Positions 28,501-38,460 of a stretch of 64,000 nt of DNA are shown piece after piece. The stretch is from a virus. Its lineage: Duplodnaviria > Caudoviricetes. The position numbers and the translations under genes were made by a program. Each line of letters begins with the position of its first letter. The first letter of the stretch is position 1. Below the pieces are notes generated by a model. It was not told where the DNA came from. It saw only the letters and a list, made by a program, of their open reading frames with translations, and searched no databases. Location: the IMG/VR virus record IMGVR_UViG_2890766748_000002, positions 27,330-91,329 of that record, one strand, 5' to 3'.

Positions 28501-30474
28501 CACGCGACCCGATCGAAAGAGCAAACCGAAAAAACGGAGCAGGATATAGCAAAAACCACAAAAGACCTGGCTGTGTCCCAGGGAATAGTTGACGAAACAA
28601 AAGCCAAGGCGTTCGGTGCATTTATGGACATTGCGGGCATTGTCATGCAGGTTTGGATGGCAATAGGGCAGGCGTACGAAAAGATGATGCAGGAGACGTA
28701 TCAAGCCATCGCTGACGGTTACGCAAAAACCCGTGAAGTAATGGCTGATTTATACTCTTCAGTTAGCCAGATGAATCGGGAGTCTCTGGATGCTCAATTG
28801 ACCGATTTTCAAGGAAGCTATGCCGAAAAAGAGAAGCTAATCAACGAATACTACGCCAAAGAAATGGAGTACGCTGAAGGCCACGACCGACTGGATGCGC
28901 AACTCGCCTACCAACAACAATTAGCGCAGGCTCAGGCTGATGCAGGCAATAATGCCAAGAAGCTTATGGAGGGTATCGTTCAGGCCCAGGCTGATTATGC
29001 AGCAAGAGGAATGCAAATCGAGATTAACCGAGTTGAGCAAGGCATCGCCAAAGCGAAAGAGCTTCGCGATGCCAAAATCGAATCGCTTAATCAGGAACTC
29101 GAAGCCTTCAAGGCCGCTAAGCAAGCCGAAACCGACGAGCTGAATAAACAGCTTGAAGCCCAGAAAGCGGCTACCAATCAGTTTTATTCCGATAAACAGC
29201 TCCGGTTGCAGGAAGATGATACCTACCGCAATCAACTGCTGGCCGCTGGCGAAGCCCGCGAGGTTGCTGCACTACAGGCGGCTATGCAACGGGAACTTGA
29301 CCGGGCCACCTCGGCAGAGGAGCGTACCCAGATCATAAACGCGTTTGAAGCCCTCATCGCGGCCAAACATGCGGAGTACCAAACGGCGATCGGCGACAAA
29401 ACGAAAGAAATCAGCCTGGCCACTCAGGAGGCCAAAGCGCAGGAAGCTGACAAGGTTACGGCACTTGAAGCCAGTACCACGGCTGAAATCCAGAAGTTGA
29501 AAGACCAGGTAGCGGCAAAAGAGAAAGAGGTTTCCGCTGCCATGAAGGCCGAAAACGCATCGTATGCCCGTCAGGTGATCGAAGCCGAGTACCAGATCAT
29601 GGACATCAAAAAGCAGATGGTGATCGCCGAACTTCGGGCAGAACAGGCGATGCTGCGGGGGAAGCGCTGGTTTATGAACAAGGGCAAAATTGATTCGGCG
29701 ATCGCTGATATCGAAAACGCCATCAATGAAATCAACGGTACCGGCGGCCGTCAGGAGTATGTCAACAAACTGGAGACTCAGGAAAGGCTGTATGAAGAGG
29801 TCCAACAGCTCAAGGCCACAAAATCCGACTGGGATCAAAAGTTGGTAGCGCATCAGGCGAAAGTTGCCGAGAAGCAAAACCAGGTCAATACGGCAGAGTC
29901 ATCCGGTCAGGACGCGACGGCTTTAAAAGCCGAATTGACGCAGTTGCTCGGTGATGAAACCACGATCAAGAACTGGATAAACGCCGTTGTGCGAACTATC
30001 GCCGAGAAGGAAGAGGAAATCAAGCGGGTCGGTTTGGTTACCGGTACCGAATACGTTGACCGGGAAGGAAATTTCTCAAACGGTATCGATACCGTTCCCG
30101 CGATGCTCACCCGGGGCGAGCGGGTATTGACCGTAGACCAGAATCAGGCACTGGGTGGCATTGCCAACGAGGACCTGGTTTCGCGGGTGAAGTTCTTCGA
30201 GAGGCTCGCCGGTCAGTTCCCTCAGCTACTTGATCCGTCCCGCTGGTCGGATATCGCCGGGCTGCAAATCGGGTTACCGGCTGGCCTGCTGACCGGTAGC
30301 GACGGCGGCCGGTCGGTCGATGTGTCGGGCCTTCGGGATGATCTACGGAGCGTACGGCAGGCGATTGAAAATCAGAAACTCCTCAACGTCAATATCGATC
30401 GCAACGGGTTTGCGATGCATGAACAGGGTGCCCAGTCCAAAACCAACTACCACCAAAATTTACTGAAACGGTAA
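25582..30474 (+). CDS. Tail tape measure protein (prophage B)
   Basis: 1630 aa; tape-measure domain (KTPFTLDEV, LAYGQV), ANPLG TM region, coiled coil, DTVPAMLTRGERV. Confidence 0.93.
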   Translation: MSVREENIRLRIQASSELPVVNDQFNELLKLSRLVAQQIAIQTGEMRAQSESQIKAIGGVTDALKSQRATVQQHDTDVKNAGKSYDDLGKQVRNFATLVGTAFTLNEIKSFGMEVIDAKTKIDSLKIALDVMLGSKKESTALFNDIVALAKKTPFTLDEVAENVVKLKAYNISTKDLIPTVEALGNMAAAVGKEKLPQLTLAYGQVMNMGKLMGTETRQFVEAGIPLYDLLADSMKKPKDEVIKLAQAHKIMASDVQKAVMETSEVGGRFYNMMGLQSKTLGGQVSNLSDTFFIAKARIGDFFEDELKAGIKTTGDLITALIGSDNAIKRTVTSISAIISAFTTWRLATIAQNTASTALNVVKATAQVVYGAYLLVVQRVTTQQNTLTAAQLAATTATRGLWAALSANPLGLIVSIIGTVITGILALDAATQDVTATMGEMEYQVKKEQSELMGLAQRAMSAAEGTSLRKEALEMLIAKYPEYFRGLDSEKTSNSQLKKILDQVNISYQERIDLARDAYKVESLTAKQRELFEKEAALIAKLPQDVQNMIGGSLKNLIEMWQKGMIQGSEAFRNESRDLMDKVFGLNRQISLETINEIINGQQKVQLELGKSGEKIKSQKDKERIAETGAINAHYEVLRQQADGNSKEIIRLNAAEKIEIAKANGTYREKERVASEDDDKNKKIRVSQTEIDIRKLKEKEGELTLEDKKRLLDLEEKLDIENIQKSKLNLIAKQKAVEVVIAEYAPRKAALEIEFEAKKNEGLIEKEKELQNQIEVLTAQRLEAERILVKLQTANTEEERRAVIAEFGKKITDDVKAQAVERLKAQRDASLSELDVIFANQGLKSEAYHKAYIKYLEDDKQYQTALLNQTKEAGQSTIQVMSETEKKIQALQKETAEIEKENIEKGRRYRQEAIQGIVSLLGNVNPVVSQFANGILSVMNNMDLLSGKSREEAETRVNDLKQTLASLEILRSEHATRSKEQTEKTEQDIAKTTKDLAVSQGIVDETKAKAFGAFMDIAGIVMQVWMAIGQAYEKMMQETYQAIADGYAKTREVMADLYSSVSQMNRESLDAQLTDFQGSYAEKEKLINEYYAKEMEYAEGHDRLDAQLAYQQQLAQAQADAGNNAKKLMEGIVQAQADYAARGMQIEINRVEQGIAKAKELRDAKIESLNQELEAFKAAKQAETDELNKQLEAQKAATNQFYSDKQLRLQEDDTYRNQLLAAGEAREVAALQAAMQRELDRATSAEERTQIINAFEALIAAKHAEYQTAIGDKTKEISLATQEAKAQEADKVTALEASTTAEIQKLKDQVAAKEKEVSAAMKAENASYARQVIEAEYQIMDIKKQMVIAELRAEQAMLRGKRWFMNKGKIDSAIADIENAINEINGTGGRQEYVNKLETQERLYEEVQQLKATKSDWDQKLVAHQAKVAEKQNQVNTAESSGQDATALKAELTQLLGDETTIKNWINAVVRTIAEKEEEIKRVGLVTGTEYVDREGNFSNGIDTVPAMLTRGERVLTVDQNQALGGIANEDLVSRVKFFERLAGQFPQLLDPSRWSDIAGLQIGLPAGLLTGSDGGRSVDVSGLRDDLRSVRQAIENQKLLNVNIDRNGFAMHEQGAQSKTNYHQNLLKR

Positions 30475-30710
30475 TGAGAAACAGACTTCCCAAAGTGCGA
30501 AAGCGCTACTTCGTCGATGAGCCGGTGATTGTGTTGCCGATCGCGGAATACGAGCGGTTGATTCAGCACCTGATTGCCATGGGCCTGCTGGAAGGATTGC
30601 AGGAGAACTCACGAAGAGGTGTGCTAAAGCGTCACGCCCTGCTGCTGTCCGAGTCGCAGGAAAAGCTCAAGTCGGCGAAAAATCATTACCATATCCCCGT
30701 TTCCGAATGA
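30474..30710 (+). CDS. Small hypothetical protein
   Basis: Translationally coupled at both ends. Confidence 0.55.
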   Translation: MRNRLPKVRKRYFVDEPVIVLPIAEYERLIQHLIAMGLLEGLQENSRRGVLKRHALLLSESQEKLKSAKNHYHIPVSE

Positions 30711-32536
30711 AGATCCTGCTCAATAGTGTACCCGTCGAGGCTCCGGTAGGGCTCGACGGGTTAACCCTAAAAAAATCCAGACACCCGCGCTACTGGGGCT
30801 GGCTCTACCGGAAATTGGGTTTCGTTCCCGGCATGGGTAACGTGACGTTTTCCGATCCGTATGCCGTGCGGACGCTGCGGGATGCGTTCGATCGCGACAA
30901 ACTGGGAGCCGAAACCTCGTTTCAGATTGTTGATGACAAAGGGCAATTGCTGTACGATGCGTACGTCGATTACGCCACATTCGGTTTTAAGCCGGGTGAG
31001 GTGACCTGTTCGTTTCGCGATGAGAAGTCGGTCACCGAACTGGAAACATCGCTGGCGACGGTGTTCAGCATCGAACCAACGCAGAGCATCAGCATGGCCG
31101 GTCAGCCGCTGAGTTCCGATGCGACGTATACGCTCAATAGTGTAGCAGTCGTCAGCCGGGTTTCGTCGGGTTCGTTTCTGCATGCTTTGCCGATTCGCCG
31201 GGTGGACGAGAAGAACCAGGCGGTGCCCGGTGAGCTGTATTCAGTTACCCAGCCGCTGGCTCTTCAGCCGGTGTACCGCAATACCACCGATAAGAAAGTG
31301 GTGTTGAAACTGTCCGGCGTCGTCGGAGTGTCGGTTTCCTGCTCGCTGAGTATGTCGGCCTCGCTGGGCTACCGGATCATGAACGGCACGGCGGTCGTTT
31401 CCACTACACCACTGGCCACCTATGCCCTCAGCGGGACGGTGCTGGACGTTACAGCCCTGATCGATGCGGTTGTTAGCGTTTTGCCCGGGCAAAGCCTGGT
31501 ACTGGGCTGGGTGGAAGCCGGTTCGTCGGTGATCACCATGGCGGCCACGTACAATTCAGCCACCGCCATTGCCCTGACTCAACCGATCGCCGTACCGACA
31601 ACCGATTGTTATGGTCTGTACGCCAACGATCTGTTGAAATCCCTGCAACTGCGTTGTCAACCGGCGTTTGCATTTTCTTCCTACTTTTTCCGGATTGGCA
31701 TTGGCCGGGGAGCCTTTATCACCAACGGCGCCAACCTCCGCGGGGTGAAAAAGCCGCTGCAAACCTCGTTTTCCGATTTGTTCGATAGCCTGAACAGCAT
31801 TTACAATCTGGCACTCACGCTGGACGATACGACGCTTCGGGTTGAGACGAAAGAAGTTTTAACCAAGGCGGGCGGAACAACCGTTCTTACGAGCATCCTC
31901 AAAGTCGGCTATACTGTGAACACAACTTTTATGGCCAGCGAGGTGATTGCTGGTTATGCCACCTGGAAAGGAGATTCGCTTACATCGGCAGCCGAAACCA
32001 ACGGTTCGCGTTCTTACCGTACCGAAATCACCACGTATCGAAATCCACTGGACCTGCGGAGCAATTTGATTGCCGCCGGTTCGCTGATTGAAGAAACCCG
32101 GCAAAAGCAGTTCGATCCGGAAACCTCAGGATCCGACAAATCGGAGCCGTACGATGAGGATTTATTTATCGTGACCGTCGATCTCTACGGTCGTGCCCGG
32201 GCAACACCGTTTTACAACGACGGCATCTCGCCTGCCCACTGCCTGCTCAACTGGTCTCCGTTGCTGACGCATTGCAACCGGCTGGTGCTGGAAACCCATG
32301 AAGGGTCCTTAATCAGTACCGGTGAACGGGAGCCGCTTGTGCTTGATGAATACCCTCCACTGATCGGCAACCTGACGGCCGTCGTTGAAACCCCCATGTC
32401 CCTGGTGGATTACGCGGCCCTGCAGGACTGGATACAATTCAATGACGGCGAGCAGACCCGCAGCGGACTTCTCATGGACGCCCAGTGGAGTAATTCTGAT
32501 AACGGAACTGTAGCAACCTTAACCATCGCGTGCTGA
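30707..32536 (+). CDS. Tail tip / baseplate protein
   Basis: Follows the TMP; beta-rich. Confidence 0.6.
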   Translation: MKILLNSVPVEAPVGLDGLTLKKSRHPRYWGWLYRKLGFVPGMGNVTFSDPYAVRTLRDAFDRDKLGAETSFQIVDDKGQLLYDAYVDYATFGFKPGEVTCSFRDEKSVTELETSLATVFSIEPTQSISMAGQPLSSDATYTLNSVAVVSRVSSGSFLHALPIRRVDEKNQAVPGELYSVTQPLALQPVYRNTTDKKVVLKLSGVVGVSVSCSLSMSASLGYRIMNGTAVVSTTPLATYALSGTVLDVTALIDAVVSVLPGQSLVLGWVEAGSSVITMAATYNSATAIALTQPIAVPTTDCYGLYANDLLKSLQLRCQPAFAFSSYFFRIGIGRGAFITNGANLRGVKKPLQTSFSDLFDSLNSIYNLALTLDDTTLRVETKEVLTKAGGTTVLTSILKVGYTVNTTFMASEVIAGYATWKGDSLTSAAETNGSRSYRTEITTYRNPLDLRSNLIAAGSLIEETRQKQFDPETSGSDKSEPYDEDLFIVTVDLYGRARATPFYNDGISPAHCLLNWSPLLTHCNRLVLETHEGSLISTGEREPLVLDEYPPLIGNLTAVVETPMSLVDYAALQDWIQFNDGEQTRSGLLMDAQWSNSDNGTVATLTIAC

Positions 32537-34866
32537 TGCAACCATTCGTTCATTTTATCCGATTTTTTACCCTGGCAGAGGACGGAAACCCGTACCCGAA
32601 AAACCGGCTGACGCCATCGGAGGAGCATCCAGCCATGCCCGCCGTACCCGGCGACGTATTGACGTTTCTGGTGCCTCAACCGGACGTACCTATTGACCTT
32701 TCCCGCATCCGGATTGATCTGCGGTCGGTCGATAATCCCACGGTTGTCCACCAGGCGGTCGGTAGCTTCCGGTACCAGGACGCTGAGGTGTGTTCGCGCA
32801 TCCGCCTGCGGGTCAACCGCGCGCCACAACCGGGCGAAACCAAACAATTCGCCCTGATGGGCACGATCCCTGACCCGAATGGCGGTGACCCGATCGCTCT
32901 GCCGGTGATGGGCACGTTTGCCGGTACTCAGTCGGATTTGCAACAGTACATTTCGGCGATTCGGGCGCATTACGAAAATTATCCGTATTCGCCGGTGTCG
33001 GTGGATCAGTACGGTTCGGAGCTGCTCATCCGAGCTTATCACGGTCCCCGTTTCCGAATCGGCAACCAGCCGCTTAGCATTGGCATTGGCCGAAACCGCA
33101 ACTATAACACCAACAATCCATCGCTGACGGCAAGCAAAACCGCAACGGTTACCAATCCGGCCAAAGACTCGTATCTGGTGGGGGTTGGGGCGGACATCGA
33201 AGCCGGAAACGTATTTACCCTCGCGGGCGTCTCGGTGGTGGCAACCGATAGCCACACACCGGCCGACATCCTTGCTGCCCTGGGCGTTCCGGCATCGGGG
33301 CGCATTTTGGTTGCCGCTGGTACCGTTCCGGTGTATTCGGCGGCTGTCGGCAGTCAGACGCTGGCTAACCGAAACATTCCGACGCTGGCATTGACGTATT
33401 CAAACCCATCCGGGGGTAATGACCTCTACACCGTGACGGTGGGTGATGATGTGCAGGAAGGGAATATTTTTCAAGTGGCCACGCCGGGTCAGTCGACAAA
33501 AACGAAGGTGGCTACTTCCAGCGATACGGCGGCAACCATCACGGCGTTTTTCGCTACAACGTCTGGAAAGCTGGCGGTACCATCCGGTGCCATTCCTGTA
33601 CCCACCAGCTTATCGGGCGTTCGGTCGATCGCCAATACCAACAGCCCGGAGCTGACGCTTTCGGCTAAACTGGTAATTCCCTCCGCAACCGTCGACCGCT
33701 ATTCAGTTTTTGTCGGTACGTCTATCCGGCGCGGTAATCAGTACCTGCTCGGCACTACATTGGTGACGGCTGATGATGAAGATACGATTCTGACGATCGC
33801 TGAAAAGCTGGGCTACAGTGGATTTCCATTCACCGTCGAGGTGCCAACCGGAGCTGGATTGGTTGCCTACGCCAAAAAGGGGTTGGCACTGGGCGATGAA
33901 AATATTGCGGCTGTCGAGGTGATCGAAGGCTCGGTATGGATGCGGCATCTTGATATGGTTTGCATGGTTCACATTCCGGCCAGTGTAATTCGCGGCAATT
34001 ACCAGCTTGAGATCGTAGATACGGTTAATTCAGTGAAATGCTCAGTCAGCAATAACCTTTTGGTGAAATCCGACGCCAAAGACACTGTTTTCCTGCGGTG
34101 GGGCGATAACTTCAACGGATCGGGCCGGACGCTCTACGGTTACCAGTACGGCGAGCCGGGGCTGATGCAGCAGCTGCGGATTCCCTGCTTTCTGTCGGTG
34201 CCCAAACAGCGGCAGGAGGAGAGCCTGTATACGCCCCTTGATGGGGTAACCCGGCGGCAATCCGCCCGGATGGAGAACCTGCGGACGTTGACGACGACTG
34301 TGCAGCCTTCGGCCTTCCACCGGTCTTTGCTGGCGGCTTTGAAACATCCGCTGGTCTGGATCGATGGGATCGAATTCCGCTCTGAAGGGGAATACTCTGA
34401 AACCATCATACCGGGGAAGCGCCAGCATTTGCAGGCCCAGGCGACGCTGGTCGAAACCGGTTCGCTACGGAGTATGAACGATTTTTACCCCTCCCTGCAA
34501 AGTTCATTATCAAGGCGTTATGCTCTCATTGAGCAGATTTCCGGCGCGGACGGGCTGGTTTTCTACCTCAGGAGCGAGAATATTACCCAGCCGATTACCG
34601 CCGGTCAGCAGGTGGAGCCGGGCACGTATCAACTGTTGGTTCGCGCCGAGCATGAAACCCGACACCTGGTTGTCTATCAGAATGAGATGATACTAGATCG
34701 TTTTGAGTTAACGGCACGTCACCTAAACCGCACACAACCGCTTTTCCTAAAGCCCGGCGACCGCATCGGGCTGGAACTGGAAGCGAAGTTGCCAACTCAG
34801 GCGAGCGCATGGTTCAATGAAACCACAAGCAATTTCGATGAAGGATTTAATCAAGACTTTAACTGA
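32536..34866 (+). CDS. Tail protein with three internal repeats
   Basis: Repeated DxYxVxVGxxIxxGNxF units; C-terminal NFDEGFNQDFN. Confidence 0.6.
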   Translation: MQPFVHFIRFFTLAEDGNPYPKNRLTPSEEHPAMPAVPGDVLTFLVPQPDVPIDLSRIRIDLRSVDNPTVVHQAVGSFRYQDAEVCSRIRLRVNRAPQPGETKQFALMGTIPDPNGGDPIALPVMGTFAGTQSDLQQYISAIRAHYENYPYSPVSVDQYGSELLIRAYHGPRFRIGNQPLSIGIGRNRNYNTNNPSLTASKTATVTNPAKDSYLVGVGADIEAGNVFTLAGVSVVATDSHTPADILAALGVPASGRILVAAGTVPVYSAAVGSQTLANRNIPTLALTYSNPSGGNDLYTVTVGDDVQEGNIFQVATPGQSTKTKVATSSDTAATITAFFATTSGKLAVPSGAIPVPTSLSGVRSIANTNSPELTLSAKLVIPSATVDRYSVFVGTSIRRGNQYLLGTTLVTADDEDTILTIAEKLGYSGFPFTVEVPTGAGLVAYAKKGLALGDENIAAVEVIEGSVWMRHLDMVCMVHIPASVIRGNYQLEIVDTVNSVKCSVSNNLLVKSDAKDTVFLRWGDNFNGSGRTLYGYQYGEPGLMQQLRIPCFLSVPKQRQEESLYTPLDGVTRRQSARMENLRTLTTTVQPSAFHRSLLAALKHPLVWIDGIEFRSEGEYSETIIPGKRQHLQAQATLVETGSLRSMNDFYPSLQSSLSRRYALIEQISGADGLVFYLRSENITQPITAGQQVEPGTYQLLVRAEHETRHLVVYQNEMILDRFELTARHLNRTQPLFLKPGDRIGLELEAKLPTQASAWFNETTSNFDEGFNQDFN

Positions 34867-34871
34867 TAATT

Positions 34872-37187
34872 ATGACTGCACTAGAGGAGTTTTTTGCATT
34901 GGTGGATGAGAAGTTTCCGGAAAATCTGGTTACAAAAATTAAACCGGAGGATATCAGGCTAAGCATCAAGGCGCTGGCGCTGAAGTTGTATACAGACCCA
35001 GAAGTCGCATCGACTATTCTGGATAGTTTGAACCTGAGGTTACGAAGAACCACGATTGATGCCGGTTTTTCTGCCATCACCGACGATGAAGTGCAGTTCG
35101 ATGGATCAACCTGGGTGAAAGAAGTGGGCTCCATTTCGCCGGGGGATCCGGGATACGGTGGCGTACTGCTTTCAGGACCAACAGGTTTCCGATTCCGGCG
35201 AAGATTTGAAGGTCCAGTAAGACCTGAATGGTTTGGCGCTATACATTACCCGGTTATTTACATGAAGGGAACCAACGAAGCTCCGCTTGGCTATTATGCA
35301 GATGCCGCATTCACCATTCCCGTTGTGGATAGTAGTGCGGCTTACAATGCCTGTTTTACCTATGCGAATGCTCTTGCCGGTTCAATTCGTTCGGTAGAAG
35401 CACCTTCCGGATTTGCCTTTATTTCAAACGTTCTCATTCCGGAAGCGTTAGACTTTTCTGGGCAAGGGACTGGCCTTCAGTCGGTTCGGCAGTGTACTAC
35501 ATTCGTTCAAAGCTTCGGCACCAATTTGGATGTTTTCAGGGTAATTCCGCACGAATTTGCAGGCCGATACTGGTGGTATGGAAGCATCCGAAAATTCAGT
35601 ATCAAAGGGGAAAGGACTAATAATTCATCGGGATGGGGAATCGCCTTTCGGGATTCATTGAACAACCCGGTTAAACCGCAAGATACCACTTTGATTTCTG
35701 ATATTATGATCCGGGGGATGGTGCAAGGCGGTATCGAATTTCCGGACGGCGGATTACCAGTACACTTGCATCGAACCAATTTTCTATGGAATAACGGCCC
35801 TGGAATTTTGATTAGCTCTACTGCCAAATCAACCGGATTATTACAACACTTTGACCTTTTCGGAGTATCTGGCGATGGGAATAATGGTGGATTGGTGCGC
35901 ATTGAAAAGCAGACTGCATCAAGTCTCATTGTCATTAATAATATAAAAAGCGAAAATAGGATCAATCCCTATTACGGTAATGCGAAGATGCAGGACAATA
36001 CTGTCGTCATCGGTAATTCGGACGGACTTGTCTTGTCGATTGTTGGCGGTCGCCATGATTGTAGTGTCCCTGATGGCTCCCTGTTTAAAAAACCGGGCGA
36101 TTTTATTTTCCTAGAGAGCGATGCGAACAATAGCCAGATAAGCTGGAACGGCATTTCCATGCGAATACGCGAAACGGATACGGGAACTGATCCACGCATC
36201 CTTTATAAAGCGAATGGAACTGTAGCGATATCTTACCAAATGGCGAATGGGAAGTTTCCACAAATCAACGTACAAGGCGGTGATGGCCTGGCGGAAAACT
36301 TTGGGGTCGGTGATAAAGGGTTTCAAGCCAAAGGGGAAACGCCATTTTTAGGTTTTTTTGAAACAGATGCTCCCACTGACCGAAAATCATTTATCATCAC
36401 GCATTCAGGGGGTAATGCACAATTTAGGACGGTTTCTGATGCTGGCGTCTCAACTATCATTTCCGAAATAGTTCGTGGCGGGGCCGCTGGTATTGCCAGC
36501 TTGTGGCGTATGGTGTTGAATATTTTCCGGATAACCGATACAACGCCAACGCTGGAGTTTGAAGAAACTGACCAAACCGCCGATAATCAGTTTTGGCAGA
36601 TTCGCGCAAGTTCCGCTAACCTACAAATAACTCTGAAGGATGCAGCCGGAAGCCTGAAAACAGGCGTGTTTTTCCGGCGGTCGGGAAATACACCAACTGG
36701 AATGGTAGTCGGGCAAAAGCTGGTGCTGATTGGCAATTCTGGTGATGGATCGACGGTACCTAGTCTGGTAGCAAATACGTCTACCCAGTCTGTGTCGGGA
36801 TCATCGGCGTACAAAACGGCTAACTCATCGGCTACGACCATCAATGCTTTAACCGGAGGTGATGTAGGGCAGGTATTAATGATCATTGCTAACGACGACA
36901 ATACGACACTGAGACATAACCTCGATGGTACGGCTGGAAACATTTGGCTACAGTCGCTTCGTAATTATAAAATGAAGGTGGGTCAGGTAATTTTATTGGA
37001 ACGAGATACCACTTACTGGCGGGAAGTGGGAGGTTTAAGTCTGTCAGGGTATCAAAACGGAACCGCAGCTCCAAGCCTTAACGCGGTACTGATTGGCGAA
37101 GAATTTTACGATTCAACGAATAAAACATTCTGGAAGGCCATCGATGTCGGAAATGGATCTGCTGACTGGAAACAAATCACGAATTAA
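34872..37187 (+). CDS. Tail spike / receptor-binding protein, beta-helix depolymerase-like
   Basis: PVRPEWFGA...DSSAAYNAC pectate-lyase-3-like start; beta-helix-like repeats. Confidence 0.7.
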   Translation: MTALEEFFALVDEKFPENLVTKIKPEDIRLSIKALALKLYTDPEVASTILDSLNLRLRRTTIDAGFSAITDDEVQFDGSTWVKEVGSISPGDPGYGGVLLSGPTGFRFRRRFEGPVRPEWFGAIHYPVIYMKGTNEAPLGYYADAAFTIPVVDSSAAYNACFTYANALAGSIRSVEAPSGFAFISNVLIPEALDFSGQGTGLQSVRQCTTFVQSFGTNLDVFRVIPHEFAGRYWWYGSIRKFSIKGERTNNSSGWGIAFRDSLNNPVKPQDTTLISDIMIRGMVQGGIEFPDGGLPVHLHRTNFLWNNGPGILISSTAKSTGLLQHFDLFGVSGDGNNGGLVRIEKQTASSLIVINNIKSENRINPYYGNAKMQDNTVVIGNSDGLVLSIVGGRHDCSVPDGSLFKKPGDFIFLESDANNSQISWNGISMRIRETDTGTDPRILYKANGTVAISYQMANGKFPQINVQGGDGLAENFGVGDKGFQAKGETPFLGFFETDAPTDRKSFIITHSGGNAQFRTVSDAGVSTIISEIVRGGAAGIASLWRMVLNIFRITDTTPTLEFEETDQTADNQFWQIRASSANLQITLKDAAGSLKTGVFFRRSGNTPTGMVVGQKLVLIGNSGDGSTVPSLVANTSTQSVSGSSAYKTANSSATTINALTGGDVGQVLMIIANDDNTTLRHNLDGTAGNIWLQSLRNYKMKVGQVILLERDTTYWREVGGLSLSGYQNGTAAPSLNAVLIGEEFYDSTNKTFWKAIDVGNGSADWKQITN

Positions 37188-37189
37188 AT

Positions 37190-37396
37190 ATGAAAGCTAA
37201 TAAAATAACCGTTCGTTCGATCGACGAACAAAACGGGATCGTCGTTCTGGTTCCCAGAAAAGGTGTGGTTGTCAAGGATAATCATACCCAAAAAATCGCC
37301 CTCAATGGCCGGGTGTATAAAGGACATTTTAAGGATGGGCAATGCTGGATTCGTACGGGCAGCGCCTTTCCTGAAACCTATAGCCTCTCGTACTGA
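37190..37396 (+). CDS. Small hypothetical protein
   Basis: Coupled ORF. Confidence 0.55.
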   Translation: MKANKITVRSIDEQNGIVVLVPRKGVVVKDNHTQKIALNGRVYKGHFKDGQCWIRTGSAFPETYSLSY

Positions 37397-38307
37397 TGAT
37401 CACAGCAAACATAACTGAAGGTGCATTTGCCGATTCGGAAACGGTTGTCGTCTCTTGTGTCGATACAGACGGGACGATTATTGTTCTGTTTCGGGGCTAT
37501 GAAATGTTAGGGTCTGGTGTAATCGCGTCAGGCACTTGCTCTATTTCCGTTTCGCCGTTGGCGGAAGGAGATATTTTAGTCGCATATGTTCTTGAGCAAG
37601 GCAATCGTGCGGGCATACCGGTTGTAGTTGCCGCTTCGTCAATTACAGTAAGTGGTTGGAAGACTCCGACGGAATTGAACGTCAAGATGCCCGATGGGTC
37701 CCTGTTGTCTTTTCCAGCCCAATTATTCGAAGAAACCTACGGTTACTTGCCAGCTTCGATTTACGACCCGGAAGGAACCAAAGCGATCGTCTATCCAGAG
37801 TATGAGTCGCCAGCAGTAGGTGGTATCCAGTTCGATCTGACGGTTATAGAGAAATTCAACCAGACTCTCTTGTACGTGAGGAACGTACGGGGAATCAAGG
37901 GCAATGTGCTTGTTCGCTTTGATGGCGGCTCCTGGTCAGGGACAATCTCCAAAACCGTAACGGCCAACGCGACGGTAGTGATTGACGTGCGGGGCGATGA
38001 CGATACTGAATTCGCTACCCGGTCAGAATCAATTGTCGTAGCCAGCGAACCGGTGACCGCCTTCGTACTAAGCCGACACATTGACTACGGCAACGACTCG
38101 CTCAACCTCATAAACGGCAACAACGACTCGGTTGAATTCCGGCTGGAACCCTTCGACATGACCTGGCGACCCGGCATCATCTATCAAGCTGGAGAAACGC
38201 GCCGGATCTACCTGTCGGTTCCGAATGGTAATTACATCGGATGGGTGCGGTTCCCGGGCGATACCAATCCGGCAAACTGGGGCAAACTGGAGATCACCAA
38301 GGGCTAG
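37396..38307 (+). CDS. Beta-rich hypothetical virion protein
   Basis: Ig-like composition; position. Confidence 0.55.
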   Translation: MITANITEGAFADSETVVVSCVDTDGTIIVLFRGYEMLGSGVIASGTCSISVSPLAEGDILVAYVLEQGNRAGIPVVVAASSITVSGWKTPTELNVKMPDGSLLSFPAQLFEETYGYLPASIYDPEGTKAIVYPEYESPAVGGIQFDLTVIEKFNQTLLYVRNVRGIKGNVLVRFDGGSWSGTISKTVTANATVVIDVRGDDDTEFATRSESIVVASEPVTAFVLSRHIDYGNDSLNLINGNNDSVEFRLEPFDMTWRPGIIYQAGETRRIYLSVPNGNYIGWVRFPGDTNPANWGKLEITKG

Positions 38308-38322
38308 GTATTAGCGCGTTTT

Positions 38323-38390
38323 AAGCGGGTGTCAGTAAATTGATAATCAGGAAACTAAGCCCTGATTGAGCAGTTTACTGACACCCGCTT
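38323..38390. terminator. Long hairpin (17-bp perfect outer stem plus inner stem) between tail and tube/head blocks
   Basis: AAGCGGGTGTCAGTAAA / TTTACTGACACCCGCTT, inner AATCAGG/CCTGATT, followed by CTTTTT. Confidence 0.7.
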
Positions 38391-38460
38391 CTTTTTCCCT
38401 TGCCCCCGTAAGTACAATTTCGTACAAATTCTGATACGTAACGAACTTGTACTTCCGACA

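Noticed and set aside
38087-38130. Short duplication ACGGCAAC(AAC)GACTCG
   Set aside because: Small in-gene repeat encoding similar peptides; no sign of a separate function
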